A program made the position numbers and the translations under genes. A stretch of 64,000 nucleotides of DNA, taken from contig CAIVHU010000057.1 of assembly GCA_903905735.1 (NCBI GenBank), forward strand, positions 14,002 to 78,001, given 5' to 3'. This document shows positions 52,786 to 62,540 of the stretch, piece after piece. The stretch's first letter is position 1, and the number at the start of each line of letters is the position of its first letter. The stretch is from an uncultured beta proteobacterium. Lineage in GTDB: Bacteria; Pseudomonadota; Gammaproteobacteria; Burkholderiales; Burkholderiaceae_C. The notes beneath the pieces are model-generated. The model did no database searches. It saw nothing but the letters and a program-made list of their open reading frames with translations, and had not been told where the DNA came from.

Positions 52786-54223
<1,438 letters not shown>

Positions 54224-54356
54224 TTTTCTCTTGTCGGTATCGTGGTTTTGCTGCTGAGTAAGTTTCGCTGGATGCCGAAAAATGCTGTGTTGTCAAACCG
54301 TGAGTACTATGACCAAGTTCTGTCATTTGAACCAGGTTCTATCTTTCCGGAAATTT

Positions 54357-55556
54357 ATGTCAAAACGTTTTCTTCTCGCTGTATGGATTTTGGTGACAGT
54401 TTTTTCGATGGGCACATTTTCAGGGTGCGCCTATGGCCCTAAAGCACGAGGTGATGTGTCGCCTATTGTGTTTGTTCATGGTGACAACGAATCCGCAGGT
54501 GTCTGGCAAGACCTCATTTGGCGCTTTGAGTCCAATGGTTGGCCTCGTCAGCAACTGTTTGCTCTGCAACAGCCGTATCCGCGGGCTCGTGATGACGATG
54601 CCAGGGCGCAAGCAGGTCGCAGTTCAGATGCAGATGAACTGGAATTTCTAAAAGTGGAAATTGCCAAAATAATTGAGAAGACCGGGGCTCAGCAGGTTGT
54701 GTTGGTCGGTCGTGGCAGGGGAGCTTTCGCGGCACGTAATTACATCCTAAGCGGTGGTGAGGAGAATGTGAGCAAGGCCATTTTTGCAGGGCCAGATCAA
54801 CCATGGATAGGCATGAAAAATCCATTGCCTTTGAGTGATTACGAAAGTGCTGTGTTCAAAACTGCAAAGAGTCTGGTGATTGCACGGGCCGACCAACACG
54901 ATGGGACGTTTACGGCAGACCAGTTTGCCGACAGTTTTCTGTTCATAACCGGCCAGCGGCCAGCCTCACTGACAATTTGGCCTCAGCTGGAAATAGTGCT
55001 CAACGGGTTGGTCACTGGCATGGGTTTGCAGTCTGCCGATCCTGCTGGTGCCAAAGAAGATTATTTCAACAATATGCCGGTGCCAAAGGCTAGGGTAGAG
55101 GTTTTCGAGGTGCAACGTGACACCGGCTTGCGGCTGGGTCCAGCGGTTTATCAGAAAGTGGTAGATGCAAATGGTCACTGGGGCCCGTTTCGAGCGCAGC
55201 AAGGATCGCTCTATGAGTTTGTCGTTCATGCCCCTGGCTACGCGGTGACACACATCTACCGCAGTCCTTTTCCACGCGGTAGTAACAACCTGAACCTGAA
55301 GGCTAGTCGGATTTCTGACGAAGATTTGCCAGCTTTTTCGATCATTGCCTTGGAGCGTTTGCGTGGAAGTTTGGATCCTTCATTCCATCAGGTGGAGTTT
55401 GACGGTCAGTCACCGCCGCCACGAAAAATCACCTTGACCCGGCTCCAGAATCGAGCAATTTCGGCAGAAATTCACGTCGATTCTGTGGAACGCGTCACGG
55501 GTCGAACTTGGCCTGCCAAGGAAAGCCATGTCGTGCGTCTGGAGTTGACTCAATAG
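54357..55556 (+). CDS. Lipase-class-2-fold lipoprotein with degenerate nucleophile elbow, plus C-terminal beta-sandwich-like region
   Basis: Lipobox FSGC. SPIVFVHGDNESAGVW...NGW aligns with B. subtilis LipA NPVVMVHG...QGW, but the AHSMGG position reads GRGRGA. G+C is visibly lower than in the flanks. Confidence 0.6.
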   Translation: MSKRFLLAVWILVTVFSMGTFSGCAYGPKARGDVSPIVFVHGDNESAGVWQDLIWRFESNGWPRQQLFALQQPYPRARDDDARAQAGRSSDADELEFLKVEIAKIIEKTGAQQVVLVGRGRGAFAARNYILSGGEENVSKAIFAGPDQPWIGMKNPLPLSDYESAVFKTAKSLVIARADQHDGTFTADQFADSFLFITGQRPASLTIWPQLEIVLNGLVTGMGLQSADPAGAKEDYFNNMPVPKARVEVFEVQRDTGLRLGPAVYQKVVDANGHWGPFRAQQGSLYEFVVHAPGYAVTHIYRSPFPRGSNNLNLKASRISDEDLPAFSIIALERLRGSLDPSFHQVEFDGQSPPPRKITLTRLQNRAISAEIHVDSVERVTGRTWPAKESHVVRLELTQ

Positions 55557-55617
55557 CGTTTCAGTAAATGTTGCCTCGGGATATCCATGCGTCGGATACC
55601 TGACCTTTGCGACCTTC

Positions 55618-56184
55618 ATGAAATATGCCAAACGTGCCGGAACTAATGACGCGCCCCGGCTGATCTGCCTGATCGGTGCCGAATGCACCGGCAAGACCGT
55701 TTTGGCGCAGCAACTTGCCGCAGTTTTTGGCGGTGTGGTGGTGCCCGAGGTGCTGCGCGACTGGTGCATCACCCACGCCCGCACGCCGCAGGCCCATGAG
55801 CAGGCGGCGCTGCTGCAAGCGCAAATTCATCAAGAAAATCAGGCTAAGGCCCTTATAAATAAAGAGCAGGGCGCTATGGTTTTCTGTGATACCGCCCCGT
55901 TGTTGACCGCCGTGTACAGCCTGCACTACTTTGCCGACGACAGTCTGCTGGCCGTTGCCCACGCGCATCACCATCGCTATGTCCTGACGCTGTGGCTGCA
56001 GCCTGATCTGCCTTGGGTGGCCGATGGTCTGCAACGCGACGGGCTGGACACCCAGGCGGCGGTGCACGCCCTGCTGTCGCAGCAGCTGGCAGGCCATGCC
56101 CCAGTGGTGCGCATCACTGGCAACGGGCCGGCGCGCCTGCAGGCGGCGCGCTCGGCGCTGACGACGGCAATTGCAAGACTTTGA
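55618..56184 (+). CDS. P-loop ATPase, NadR C-terminal (ribosylnicotinamide kinase-like, AAA_28) family
   Basis: Walker A IGAECTGKTVLAQQLA and a Walker B-like MVFCDT. Size and pattern match stand-alone NadR-kinase-like ATPases. Confidence 0.6.
   Translation: MKYAKRAGTNDAPRLICLIGAECTGKTVLAQQLAAVFGGVVVPEVLRDWCITHARTPQAHEQAALLQAQIHQENQAKALINKEQGAMVFCDTAPLLTAVYSLHYFADDSLLAVAHAHHHRYVLTLWLQPDLPWVADGLQRDGLDTQAAVHALLSQQLAGHAPVVRITGNGPARLQAARSALTTAIARL
55841..55878 (-). repeat. Intragenic in-frame copy of the short AT-rich dispersed repeat, reverse orientation (inside the P-loop ATPase gene)
   Basis: aggctaaggcccttataaataaagagcagggcgctatg. 12/12 identity (gcccttataaat) to the reverse complement of the reference. 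Translated as QAKALINKEQGAM. Confidence 0.6.
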
Positions 56185-56252
56185 AGTTTTTTCCTGATGG
56201 GGGTTAACCCTTGGATAATGCATGCTGCATTGCACCATCCAGAGAGTTTTCC

Positions 56253-58304
56253 ATGCGTACCTATTTTTTGACGGCAACCGAACCCAATGTTGGCTTGACA
56301 TCGGTGGCTTTGGGCCTGCTGCGCGCCTTGCAGCGCCGTGGGTTGAAAGTTGCGTTTGTCAAACCGCTGACCAGACACTCTTCGGATGCCGAACCCTCGG
56401 TGCTGTTTGCGCGCAGCATTTGCCAGGCCGAATCGACCCCCGACCCCTTGCCCATGAATCTGGTGACCCAGCGGGTGACCAGTGGCAAGACTGACGAGGT
56501 GCTGGAAGACATCGTCAGCCTGGCCATGTCATGTGCCAAGGGGGCGGACGTGCTGGTGGTGGAAGGTATCCACGCCGACCCAACGCGCGCCTTTTTGCCG
56601 CAACTCTCAGCCGATATTTCGCGCAGTCTGCAAGCCGAGGTGATTCTGGTCGCCAGTGGTGCCGATGCCGAGGGCATTGCCCAGACCCAGTACCTGATTG
56701 CCCGCGTGCGCAACTCCGGTCGCCATGTGGAAGGCATCATCTTCAACCGCGTGGGTGTGGACTTTGACGAAGCCGCTGTGGTCAATCAGTTGGGCGGGGT
56801 GCCGATTTTTGGCGTGGTGCGCGAAAACCCGATGCTCGCCGCCCCGCGCACGCTGGACATCGCCCGCCATCTGGGTGCCGAGCTGATGATCGAAGGCGAG
56901 GTGGCCACCCGGCGGGTGCGTGAAACCGTGCTCTGCGGGCGGTCAGTGGCTGAAGTGATTCCGCGCCTGAAACCCGGTGCGCTGGTGGTCAGTGCTGGCG
57001 ACCGGGACGATGTCATGCTGGCCACCGCGCTGGCGGCCAGCAACGGCATTGAGCTGGCGGGCCTGGTGCTCACGCACCACAGCTTCATCAGCCCGCGCAT
57101 CCAGAAATTTGGTGCCAAAGCCTTCCAGAGTGGTTTGCCGGTGCTGCGCACTGAGGGCGACAGTTACGAGACCGCCTCGCTCATCAGTCGCCTGCCGTTG
57201 GCGGTGCCGCAGGATGACCACACGCGTATGAACCAGGTGATCGACAGCGTGGTGGAACAGCTGGATGCCAGCGCCATCTGCGCCGATCTGGAGCACGCCA
57301 CCTCCAAACACATGTCGCCGCCAGCGTTTCGCTACCAGCTCATGCAAAAGGCGCGTGCTGCGAACAAGCGCATCGTGCTGCCCGAAGGCGACGAGCCGCG
57401 CACCATTCGCGCCGCAGTCACCTGCACCGAAAAAGGCCTGGCGCGCTGCGTGCTGTTGGGCAAGCGCCGGGTGATCCAGTCGGTGGCCGAGGCGATGGGG
57501 GTCGAGTTGCCCGAAGGCCTGGAGATCCTGGACCCCGCCGAGATTGCCGAGCGTTTTGTCGGCCCCATGGTGGAGTTGCGCAAAAACAAGGGGCTGACCC
57601 CCGTGCAGGCGCTGGCCGCGCTGGAAGATACGGTGGTGCTGGGCACCATGATGCTGGCAGTGGATGAGGTCGATGGCCTGGTCAGCGGCGCGGTGCACAC
57701 CACGGCCAACACGGTGCGCCCGGCGCTGCAGCTGATCAAGACGGCACCGGGGTCGAGCATCGTGTCGTCATGCTTTTTCATGCTGATGCCCGAGCAGGTG
57801 CTGGTGTATGCCGACTGTGCAGTCAACCCCGACCCCAACGCCGAGGAACTCGCCGAGATCGCCCGCCAGAGCGCCGACAGCGCGCGCGCCTTCGGCATTG
57901 AGCCCAAGGTAGCCATGATCAGCTACAGCACCGGGTCTTCTGGCTCTGGTGACGATGTGGAAAAAGTCCGTGCCGCCACCCTGCTTGCCAAATCCCGCTG
58001 GCCTGAGCTGGTCATTGACGGCCCGATGCAATACGACGCGGCCACCGTGCAGGACGTGGCGGCGCAAAAGGCCCCGGGCAGTCTGGTGGCTGGACAAGCC
58101 ACGGTGTTCGTCTTTCCCGACCTCAACACCGGCAACACCACCTACAAGGCGGTGCAGCGCTCGGCCAATGTGGTGTCGGTGGGCCCGATGCTGCAGGGTC
58201 TGCGCAAGCCGGTCAACGACCTGTCGCGCGGTGCCCTGGTGGATGACATTGTGTTCACCATCGCGCTCACAGCTATCCAAGCCGAGGCGATGGGCAATGC
58301 TTGA
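56253..58304 (+). CDS. pta: Phosphate acetyltransferase, long form (P-loop-like + DRTGG + PTA domains)
   Basis: 684 aa. N-terminal MRTYFLTATEPNVGLTSVALGL, and C-terminal PTA domain (IVLPEGDEPR, GLVSGAVHTTA, ADCAVNP, FPDLNTGNTTYK). Confidence 0.9.
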   Translation: MRTYFLTATEPNVGLTSVALGLLRALQRRGLKVAFVKPLTRHSSDAEPSVLFARSICQAESTPDPLPMNLVTQRVTSGKTDEVLEDIVSLAMSCAKGADVLVVEGIHADPTRAFLPQLSADISRSLQAEVILVASGADAEGIAQTQYLIARVRNSGRHVEGIIFNRVGVDFDEAAVVNQLGGVPIFGVVRENPMLAAPRTLDIARHLGAELMIEGEVATRRVRETVLCGRSVAEVIPRLKPGALVVSAGDRDDVMLATALAASNGIELAGLVLTHHSFISPRIQKFGAKAFQSGLPVLRTEGDSYETASLISRLPLAVPQDDHTRMNQVIDSVVEQLDASAICADLEHATSKHMSPPAFRYQLMQKARAANKRIVLPEGDEPRTIRAAVTCTEKGLARCVLLGKRRVIQSVAEAMGVELPEGLEILDPAEIAERFVGPMVELRKNKGLTPVQALAALEDTVVLGTMMLAVDEVDGLVSGAVHTTANTVRPALQLIKTAPGSSIVSSCFFMLMPEQVLVYADCAVNPDPNAEELAEIARQSADSARAFGIEPKVAMISYSTGSSGSGDDVEKVRAATLLAKSRWPELVIDGPMQYDAATVQDVAAQKAPGSLVAGQATVFVFPDLNTGNTTYKAVQRSANVVSVGPMLQGLRKPVNDLSRGALVDDIVFTIALTAIQAEAMGNA

Positions 58305-58360
58305 GTGCTTTGTGTGATGCCAAGTCTTGGGCCGGTTTTCGTGGCTTTCGACGAACGGCA

Positions 58361-58498
58361 CAGGGCGACTGGGTGATGCGCGTGCGGTTTTGGGACGAAA
58401 TCACGCGCGGGGGTGGGGTTTGAGAACGCCAAGGCCTGTTGACGCGCGCCTTTCATCCCAAAGCCCGGTCGCATCACCCAATCACCCCGCCTCACCGC
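58361..58498 (+). repeat. MITE-like ~140 bp element with ~44 bp terminal inverted repeats, copy A
   Basis: The left end (cagggcgactgggtgatgcgcgtgcggttttggga...) matches the reverse complement of the right end (...tcccaaagcccggtcgcatcacccaatcac) at roughly 75% identity. Confidence 0.65.
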
Positions 58499-58671
58499 TG
58501 TTTGGGAAGGTATAAGACAAGAATTCAGGAGCCCACGCTTTCCAATGTCTTCAATGTTGCCTGAAACCAGCGCTGGTTATGCGTCAGGGCCATCCTTCCA
58601 GACCTCCTTGATTGCTGCATTCATGCCCCCCCTGTTTCCAGTTTGCGTTCTGAAGCTTCTGTCAACACACG

Positions 58672-58812
58672 CGGCGGTGAGGCAGGGTGATTGGGTGATG
58701 CGACCGGGCTTTGGGGCGGAAGGCGCGCGGCAGATAGCGCTCGCACATTGACCCATTTACCTCGCGCGTGATTTCGCCCCAAAACCGCATGCGCATCACC
58801 CGGTCGCCCTGC
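58672..58812 (-). repeat. MITE-like ~140 bp element, copy B (inverted relative to copy A)
   Basis: The reverse complement of 58672-58812 aligns with copy A over both ~50 bp ends (cagggcgac[ct]gggtgatgcgc[ag]tgcggttttggg ... cccaaagcccggtcgcatcacccaatcaccc). The central ~45 bp is diverged. Confidence 0.65.
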
Positions 58813-58887
58813 CGTTAGTTGTAGCTCCCCGTGAAAGCTCAAAGCTCCAGCAGGCCAACCAAGCGCCACCTGCCGCCCTTTACAATC

Positions 58888-58975
58888 CAACGCTTCACCG
58901 GGGGTGTCTGGCGCAAGCCGGGCTGAGAGAGTCCCCACACCTGATCTGGATCATGCCAGCGTAGGGAGCGTGATG
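58888..58975 (+). promoter_or_regulatory. TPP (THI-box) riboswitch in the thiB leader
   Basis: ccgggggtgtctggcgcaagccgggCTGAGAgagtccccacaCCTGATCTGGATcATGCCAGCGTAGGGAgcg contains the invariant CUGAGA and ACCUGAUCUGGAUAAUGCCAGCGUAGGGA-type core. It lies 77 nt upstream of the thiamine ABC operon. Confidence 0.9.
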
Positions 58976-59051
58976 GGTTGGACCAAACCGCTTGCCGGTG
59001 GACCCCTTGGAACCCGCGCTTCACGGCGTTGGCGCTTTTTAAGGGAGTGTC

Positions 59052-60074
59052 ATGAACCGTCGTCTTTTCGCCCTGGCCGCCACCGCGCTGGCCGGCTCCA
59101 GTTTTTCCACCCTGAGCCACGCCGCCGATGAGCTGCGCGTGATGGTGCACAGCTCGTTTGCCCTGCCCAAGCATTTGCTGGCGCAGTTTGAAGCGAAAAA
59201 TGGCGTGAAACTGGCGATCATCAAGGGTGGCGACGCGGGTGAGATGCTCAACAAACTCATCCTGACCCGCGCCCGGCCTATCGCCGATGTGGTGTATGGC
59301 ATTGACAACACCCTGGCCAGCAAAGCGCTGGCCGCAGGTGTGCTGGAACCCGCGCTGCCCCCGGTTGCGGGCGCAGTGGATGCGCAGTTGGGCGAGGCGC
59401 TGGCCGCTGTCGACTACGGTTTTGTCAACTTGAACTACGACAAAGCGGCGGTGGCCAAAAGCGGCACGCCGCTGCCCAAAACCCTGCAAGATCTGACGTT
59501 GCCCGCCTACAAGGGCTGGCTGGTGGTGCCCAATGCGGCCACGTCCAGCCCCGGATATGCCTTTTTGCTGGCCACGATTGCCGGCATGGGTGAGGAGCAA
59601 GCCTTCGCCTGGTGGGCTCAGATGCGTGCCAACGGCCTCAAAGTGGTCAAGGGCTGGAGCGAGGCCTACTACACCGAATTCAGCCTGAACAAAGGCAGCT
59701 ACCCGCTGGTGGTGAGCTACGCCACCAGCCCGGCGGCCGAAGTGTTTTACGCCAAGAACAAACCCGCCGAGTCGCCCACCGCCAGCCTGAATTTGCCCGG
59801 CGGCGTGTTCCGCCAAGTGGAAGGCGTGGGGCTGATCAAGGGCACCGCGCAAAAGGCTGCGGCCCTGAAGTTTGTTGATTTCATGCGCTCAAGCCCGGTG
59901 CAGGCAGCGTTGCAGACCGAGATGTGGATGTACCCCGCCGTGCCCAAAACGGCGCTGGCCCCGGCAATGCGCCATGCCATCCAGCCCATTGCGTTTGAGA
60001 ACCTGCCCCCGCAAGTGATTGCCGGCAAGGGCGCGGCCTGGGCGGCGCGCTGGACGCAGGTGGTATTGAAGTAA
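59052..60074 (+). CDS. thiB: Thiamine/TPP ABC transporter periplasmic binding protein
   Basis: Signal peptide ending SHA. Family-1 solute-binding protein directly downstream of the TPP riboswitch and upstream of thiP/thiQ-like genes. Confidence 0.8.
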   Translation: MNRRLFALAATALAGSSFSTLSHAADELRVMVHSSFALPKHLLAQFEAKNGVKLAIIKGGDAGEMLNKLILTRARPIADVVYGIDNTLASKALAAGVLEPALPPVAGAVDAQLGEALAAVDYGFVNLNYDKAAVAKSGTPLPKTLQDLTLPAYKGWLVVPNAATSSPGYAFLLATIAGMGEEQAFAWWAQMRANGLKVVKGWSEAYYTEFSLNKGSYPLVVSYATSPAAEVFYAKNKPAESPTASLNLPGGVFRQVEGVGLIKGTAQKAAALKFVDFMRSSPVQAALQTEMWMYPAVPKTALAPAMRHAIQPIAFENLPPQVIAGKGAAWAARWTQVVLK

Positions 60075-60101
60075 GGCGCTGGCAGCGCCGCAGGCCGCAG
60101 C

Positions 60102-61781
60102 ATGACACGGTGGGGTTCAAGCAGGCAGCGCGGCTCGGCAAGTCGCGGCTTCTGGCTGGCGCTGTTACCCGCGGCAGCCTTGGTGCTGATGCTGCTGGCA
60201 CCGCTGGCCCGCCTGGCCTTCGAAGGCTTTTCCGGAAACCTGAACCCCAGCGCCGACCTGTCGATTTGGAAACCCTGGCAAGACGACTACCTGCGTGCCC
60301 GCGTGATCTGGTCACTGGCGCAGGCGGCGATCACCTGCGTGCTGGCGCTGGGTTTGGGTCTGCCGCTGGCCTGGGTGCTGGCGCGTTTTCAGTTCAGGGG
60401 CCGCACGCTGGTGCTGCGCCTGCTGATGCTGCCATTCGTGGTGCCTACGCTGGTGGCCGCTTTGGGCGTTCTGGCCTTGTGGGGGCCGCACGGCTTGATC
60501 AGCGGGGAATTGGGCATCAACCTGCAGGACACGCCCTGGCTGCTGCTCTACGGCAACCTGTTTTTCAACCTGTGCCTGGTGGTGCGCGCGGGTGTGGATG
60601 CGCTGGGGCAGGTGAACGCCCGTCAGGTGGCTGCGGCGCGCTCGCTGGGGGCCACGCCCTGGCGCGCTTTCTGGCGGGTGGAGTGGCCCGCGATTGCACC
60701 GTGGCTGGTGTCGAGCCTTTGCCTGGTTTTTTTGTACTGTTTTGCCGGTTTTGGGCTGGCGCTGGTGCTGGGCGGCCAGCGCTATGCCACGGTAGAGGTC
60801 GAGATTTACACCCTGGTGGCGTATGAACTGCATCTCGGTCAGGCCAGCGTACTGGCGCTGTGGATGCTGGTACTCACCGGGGCGGTGGCAGTGGCCTATG
60901 CCGCGCTGGAAAAGTGGCTGGCTGCACCGTTGCGTTCGGCACCGATGGCGCGCCAGAGGCCGCAAGGGATCGGCCAATGGTTGAGTCTGCTGGGCGCCCT
61001 GGCGGTGTTGTTTGCGGTGTGTGCACTGCCGATCATTGCTATCTTTATCAAAGCTGCTAGCGCTTTATGGACGGGGGCTAGCGGCATATTTGATGCTGAA
61101 GCGCTGGCAGCCATGTGGAACACGGGGCGATTCTCTTTTGTGGCGCTGTTGATGGCAACGGTGTTGGGCGTGTTACACGCGCTGGCAGCGCAGGCTTCGG
61201 TAGCCTGGCGGGCGGCGGCGTTTTTGCCTTTTGTGGTGTCGCCAGTCACCGTGGCGTTTGGCTTGCTGCTGCTGTACCCGTCGTGGACGGCAAGTTTGCC
61301 CTTGCTGCTTGCCGCCTACGCGGTGCTGGCTTACCCGTTTGTCGCCAAGTCGCTCTCAGCCGGGCTGGATGGTTTACCTGTGCATCTGGGGCAAGCGGCG
61401 CGCACGCTGGGGGCCAGCCCGTGGCGTTGTTTCTGGCGCGTGACCCTGCCCTTGCTGGCACCGGCGCTGCGCCGGGGCATGGCGTTTGCGGCGGCCACCG
61501 CCCTGGGCGAATTTGCCGTGACGCTGTTTTTGTCGCGCCCCGAGTGGGCCACGCTCACCACCCTCATTTACCAGCGGCTGGGCCGACCGGGTCAGGCCAA
61601 TCTGGACGCCGCGATGGTGCTGGCCTGTGTGCTGATGGCGCTGGCGCTGGCTACGTTCTTGCTGATCGAGTGGCCGGGCGCTGACAAGTCTCCCTTCAGA
61701 TCGCAGCCCGCCCGGCCTGGCCGCAACAATCTGGGTCGCCACGCTGCGCTGGCCATGACAGAATCTTCTGGCAACCCATAG
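60102..61781 (+). CDS. thiP: Thiamine ABC transporter permease (duplicated BPD-type permease)
   Basis: 559 aa with two tandem permease halves, each carrying an EAA-like loop (AARSLGATPWRAFWRVEWP and AARTLGASPWRCFWRVTLP). Confidence 0.8.
   Translation: MTRWGSSRQRGSASRGFWLALLPAAALVLMLLAPLARLAFEGFSGNLNPSADLSIWKPWQDDYLRARVIWSLAQAAITCVLALGLGLPLAWVLARFQFRGRTLVLRLLMLPFVVPTLVAALGVLALWGPHGLISGELGINLQDTPWLLLYGNLFFNLCLVVRAGVDALGQVNARQVAAARSLGATPWRAFWRVEWPAIAPWLVSSLCLVFLYCFAGFGLALVLGGQRYATVEVEIYTLVAYELHLGQASVLALWMLVLTGAVAVAYAALEKWLAAPLRSAPMARQRPQGIGQWLSLLGALAVLFAVCALPIIAIFIKAASALWTGASGIFDAEALAAMWNTGRFSFVALLMATVLGVLHALAAQASVAWRAAAFLPFVVSPVTVAFGLLLLYPSWTASLPLLLAAYAVLAYPFVAKSLSAGLDGLPVHLGQAARTLGASPWRCFWRVTLPLLAPALRRGMAFAAATALGEFAVTLFLSRPEWATLTTLIYQRLGRPGQANLDAAMVLACVLMALALATFLLIEWPGADKSPFRSQPARPGRNNLGRHAALAMTESSGNP
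61037..61086 (+). repeat. Intragenic in-frame copy of the short AT-rich dispersed repeat (inside thiP)
   Basis: attgctatctttatcaaagctgctagcgctttatggacgggggctagcggc. Translated as IAIFIKAASALWTGASG, in the same element frame as the HyfG-like and nuclease copies. Confidence 0.6.
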
Positions 61782-61784
61782 ACC

Positions 61785-62429
61785 ATGCTTAATCTTCGCG
61801 GTATCCACCAACGCTACGCCGACCAGCCGCTGCTGCAAGACGTGAGGCTGCATGTGGCGGCGGGCGAGATTGTGGCTCTGCTGGGCCCATCGGGCAGCGG
61901 CAAAAGCACGCTGCTCAACATCGTGGCAGGTCTGCAGGTGCCTGACGCGGGCAGTGTCTGGTTTGACGGCCAGGACATCACCCAGTTGCCGCCCGAACAG
62001 CGCCGCTTTGCGCTGATGTTCCAGGACTTTGCGCTGTTTCCGCACCTGAACGTGGCGGACAACGTCGCATTCGGTCTGGTCGAGCAAGGTGTGCCCCGGT
62101 CTGAAGCCCGCACCCGTGCGGTGCAAATGCTGGGCGTTTTCGGGCTGACGGAGCTGGCCCGGCGACGTGTCTGGAACCTCTCCGGCGGTGAACAGCAGCG
62201 TGTGGCGCTGGCCCGCGCCCTGATCACCCAGCCGCGTGCGCTGCTGCTGGATGAACCGTTCTCTGCGCTGGATGCTGACTTGCGCGTGGCGCTGCGCCAG
62301 GAGTTTCGCGCACGTATTCAAGCCGCAGGCATGGCCACCTTGCTGGTCACCCATGACGAGGCAGAGGCGCGCGACATGGCGGATCGATCGGTGCGGCTGG
62401 TGCAGGGCTGTCTGATCGATGCAGGGTGA
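61785..62429 (+). CDS. thiQ: Thiamine ABC transporter ATP-binding protein
   Basis: Walker A GPSGSGKSTLLN, signature LSGGEQQRVALARAL, Walker B LLLDEPFSALD. Confidence 0.85.
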   Translation: MLNLRGIHQRYADQPLLQDVRLHVAAGEIVALLGPSGSGKSTLLNIVAGLQVPDAGSVWFDGQDITQLPPEQRRFALMFQDFALFPHLNVADNVAFGLVEQGVPRSEARTRAVQMLGVFGLTELARRRVWNLSGGEQQRVALARALITQPRALLLDEPFSALDADLRVALRQEFRARIQAAGMATLLVTHDEAEARDMADRSVRLVQGCLIDAG

Positions 62430-62540
62430 TGCCGTTATCCTAGACATCCGCAGCCTTGTTGCGGTTCCTCGCCATGCAAGGGGGTTGACACCATTTGACA
62501 AACTACCTGCAAGCCTGTCACGCTACCTGCATACACGCTT

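Noticed and set aside
58327-58938. Small ORFs in the pta-thiB intergenic region (58327..58515 +, 58545..58751 +, 58142..58495 -, 58621..58938 -)
   Set aside because: Their mirrored peptides arise from the inverted MITE-like repeats. They have no RBS and no coding bias, and they overlap the riboswitch leader.
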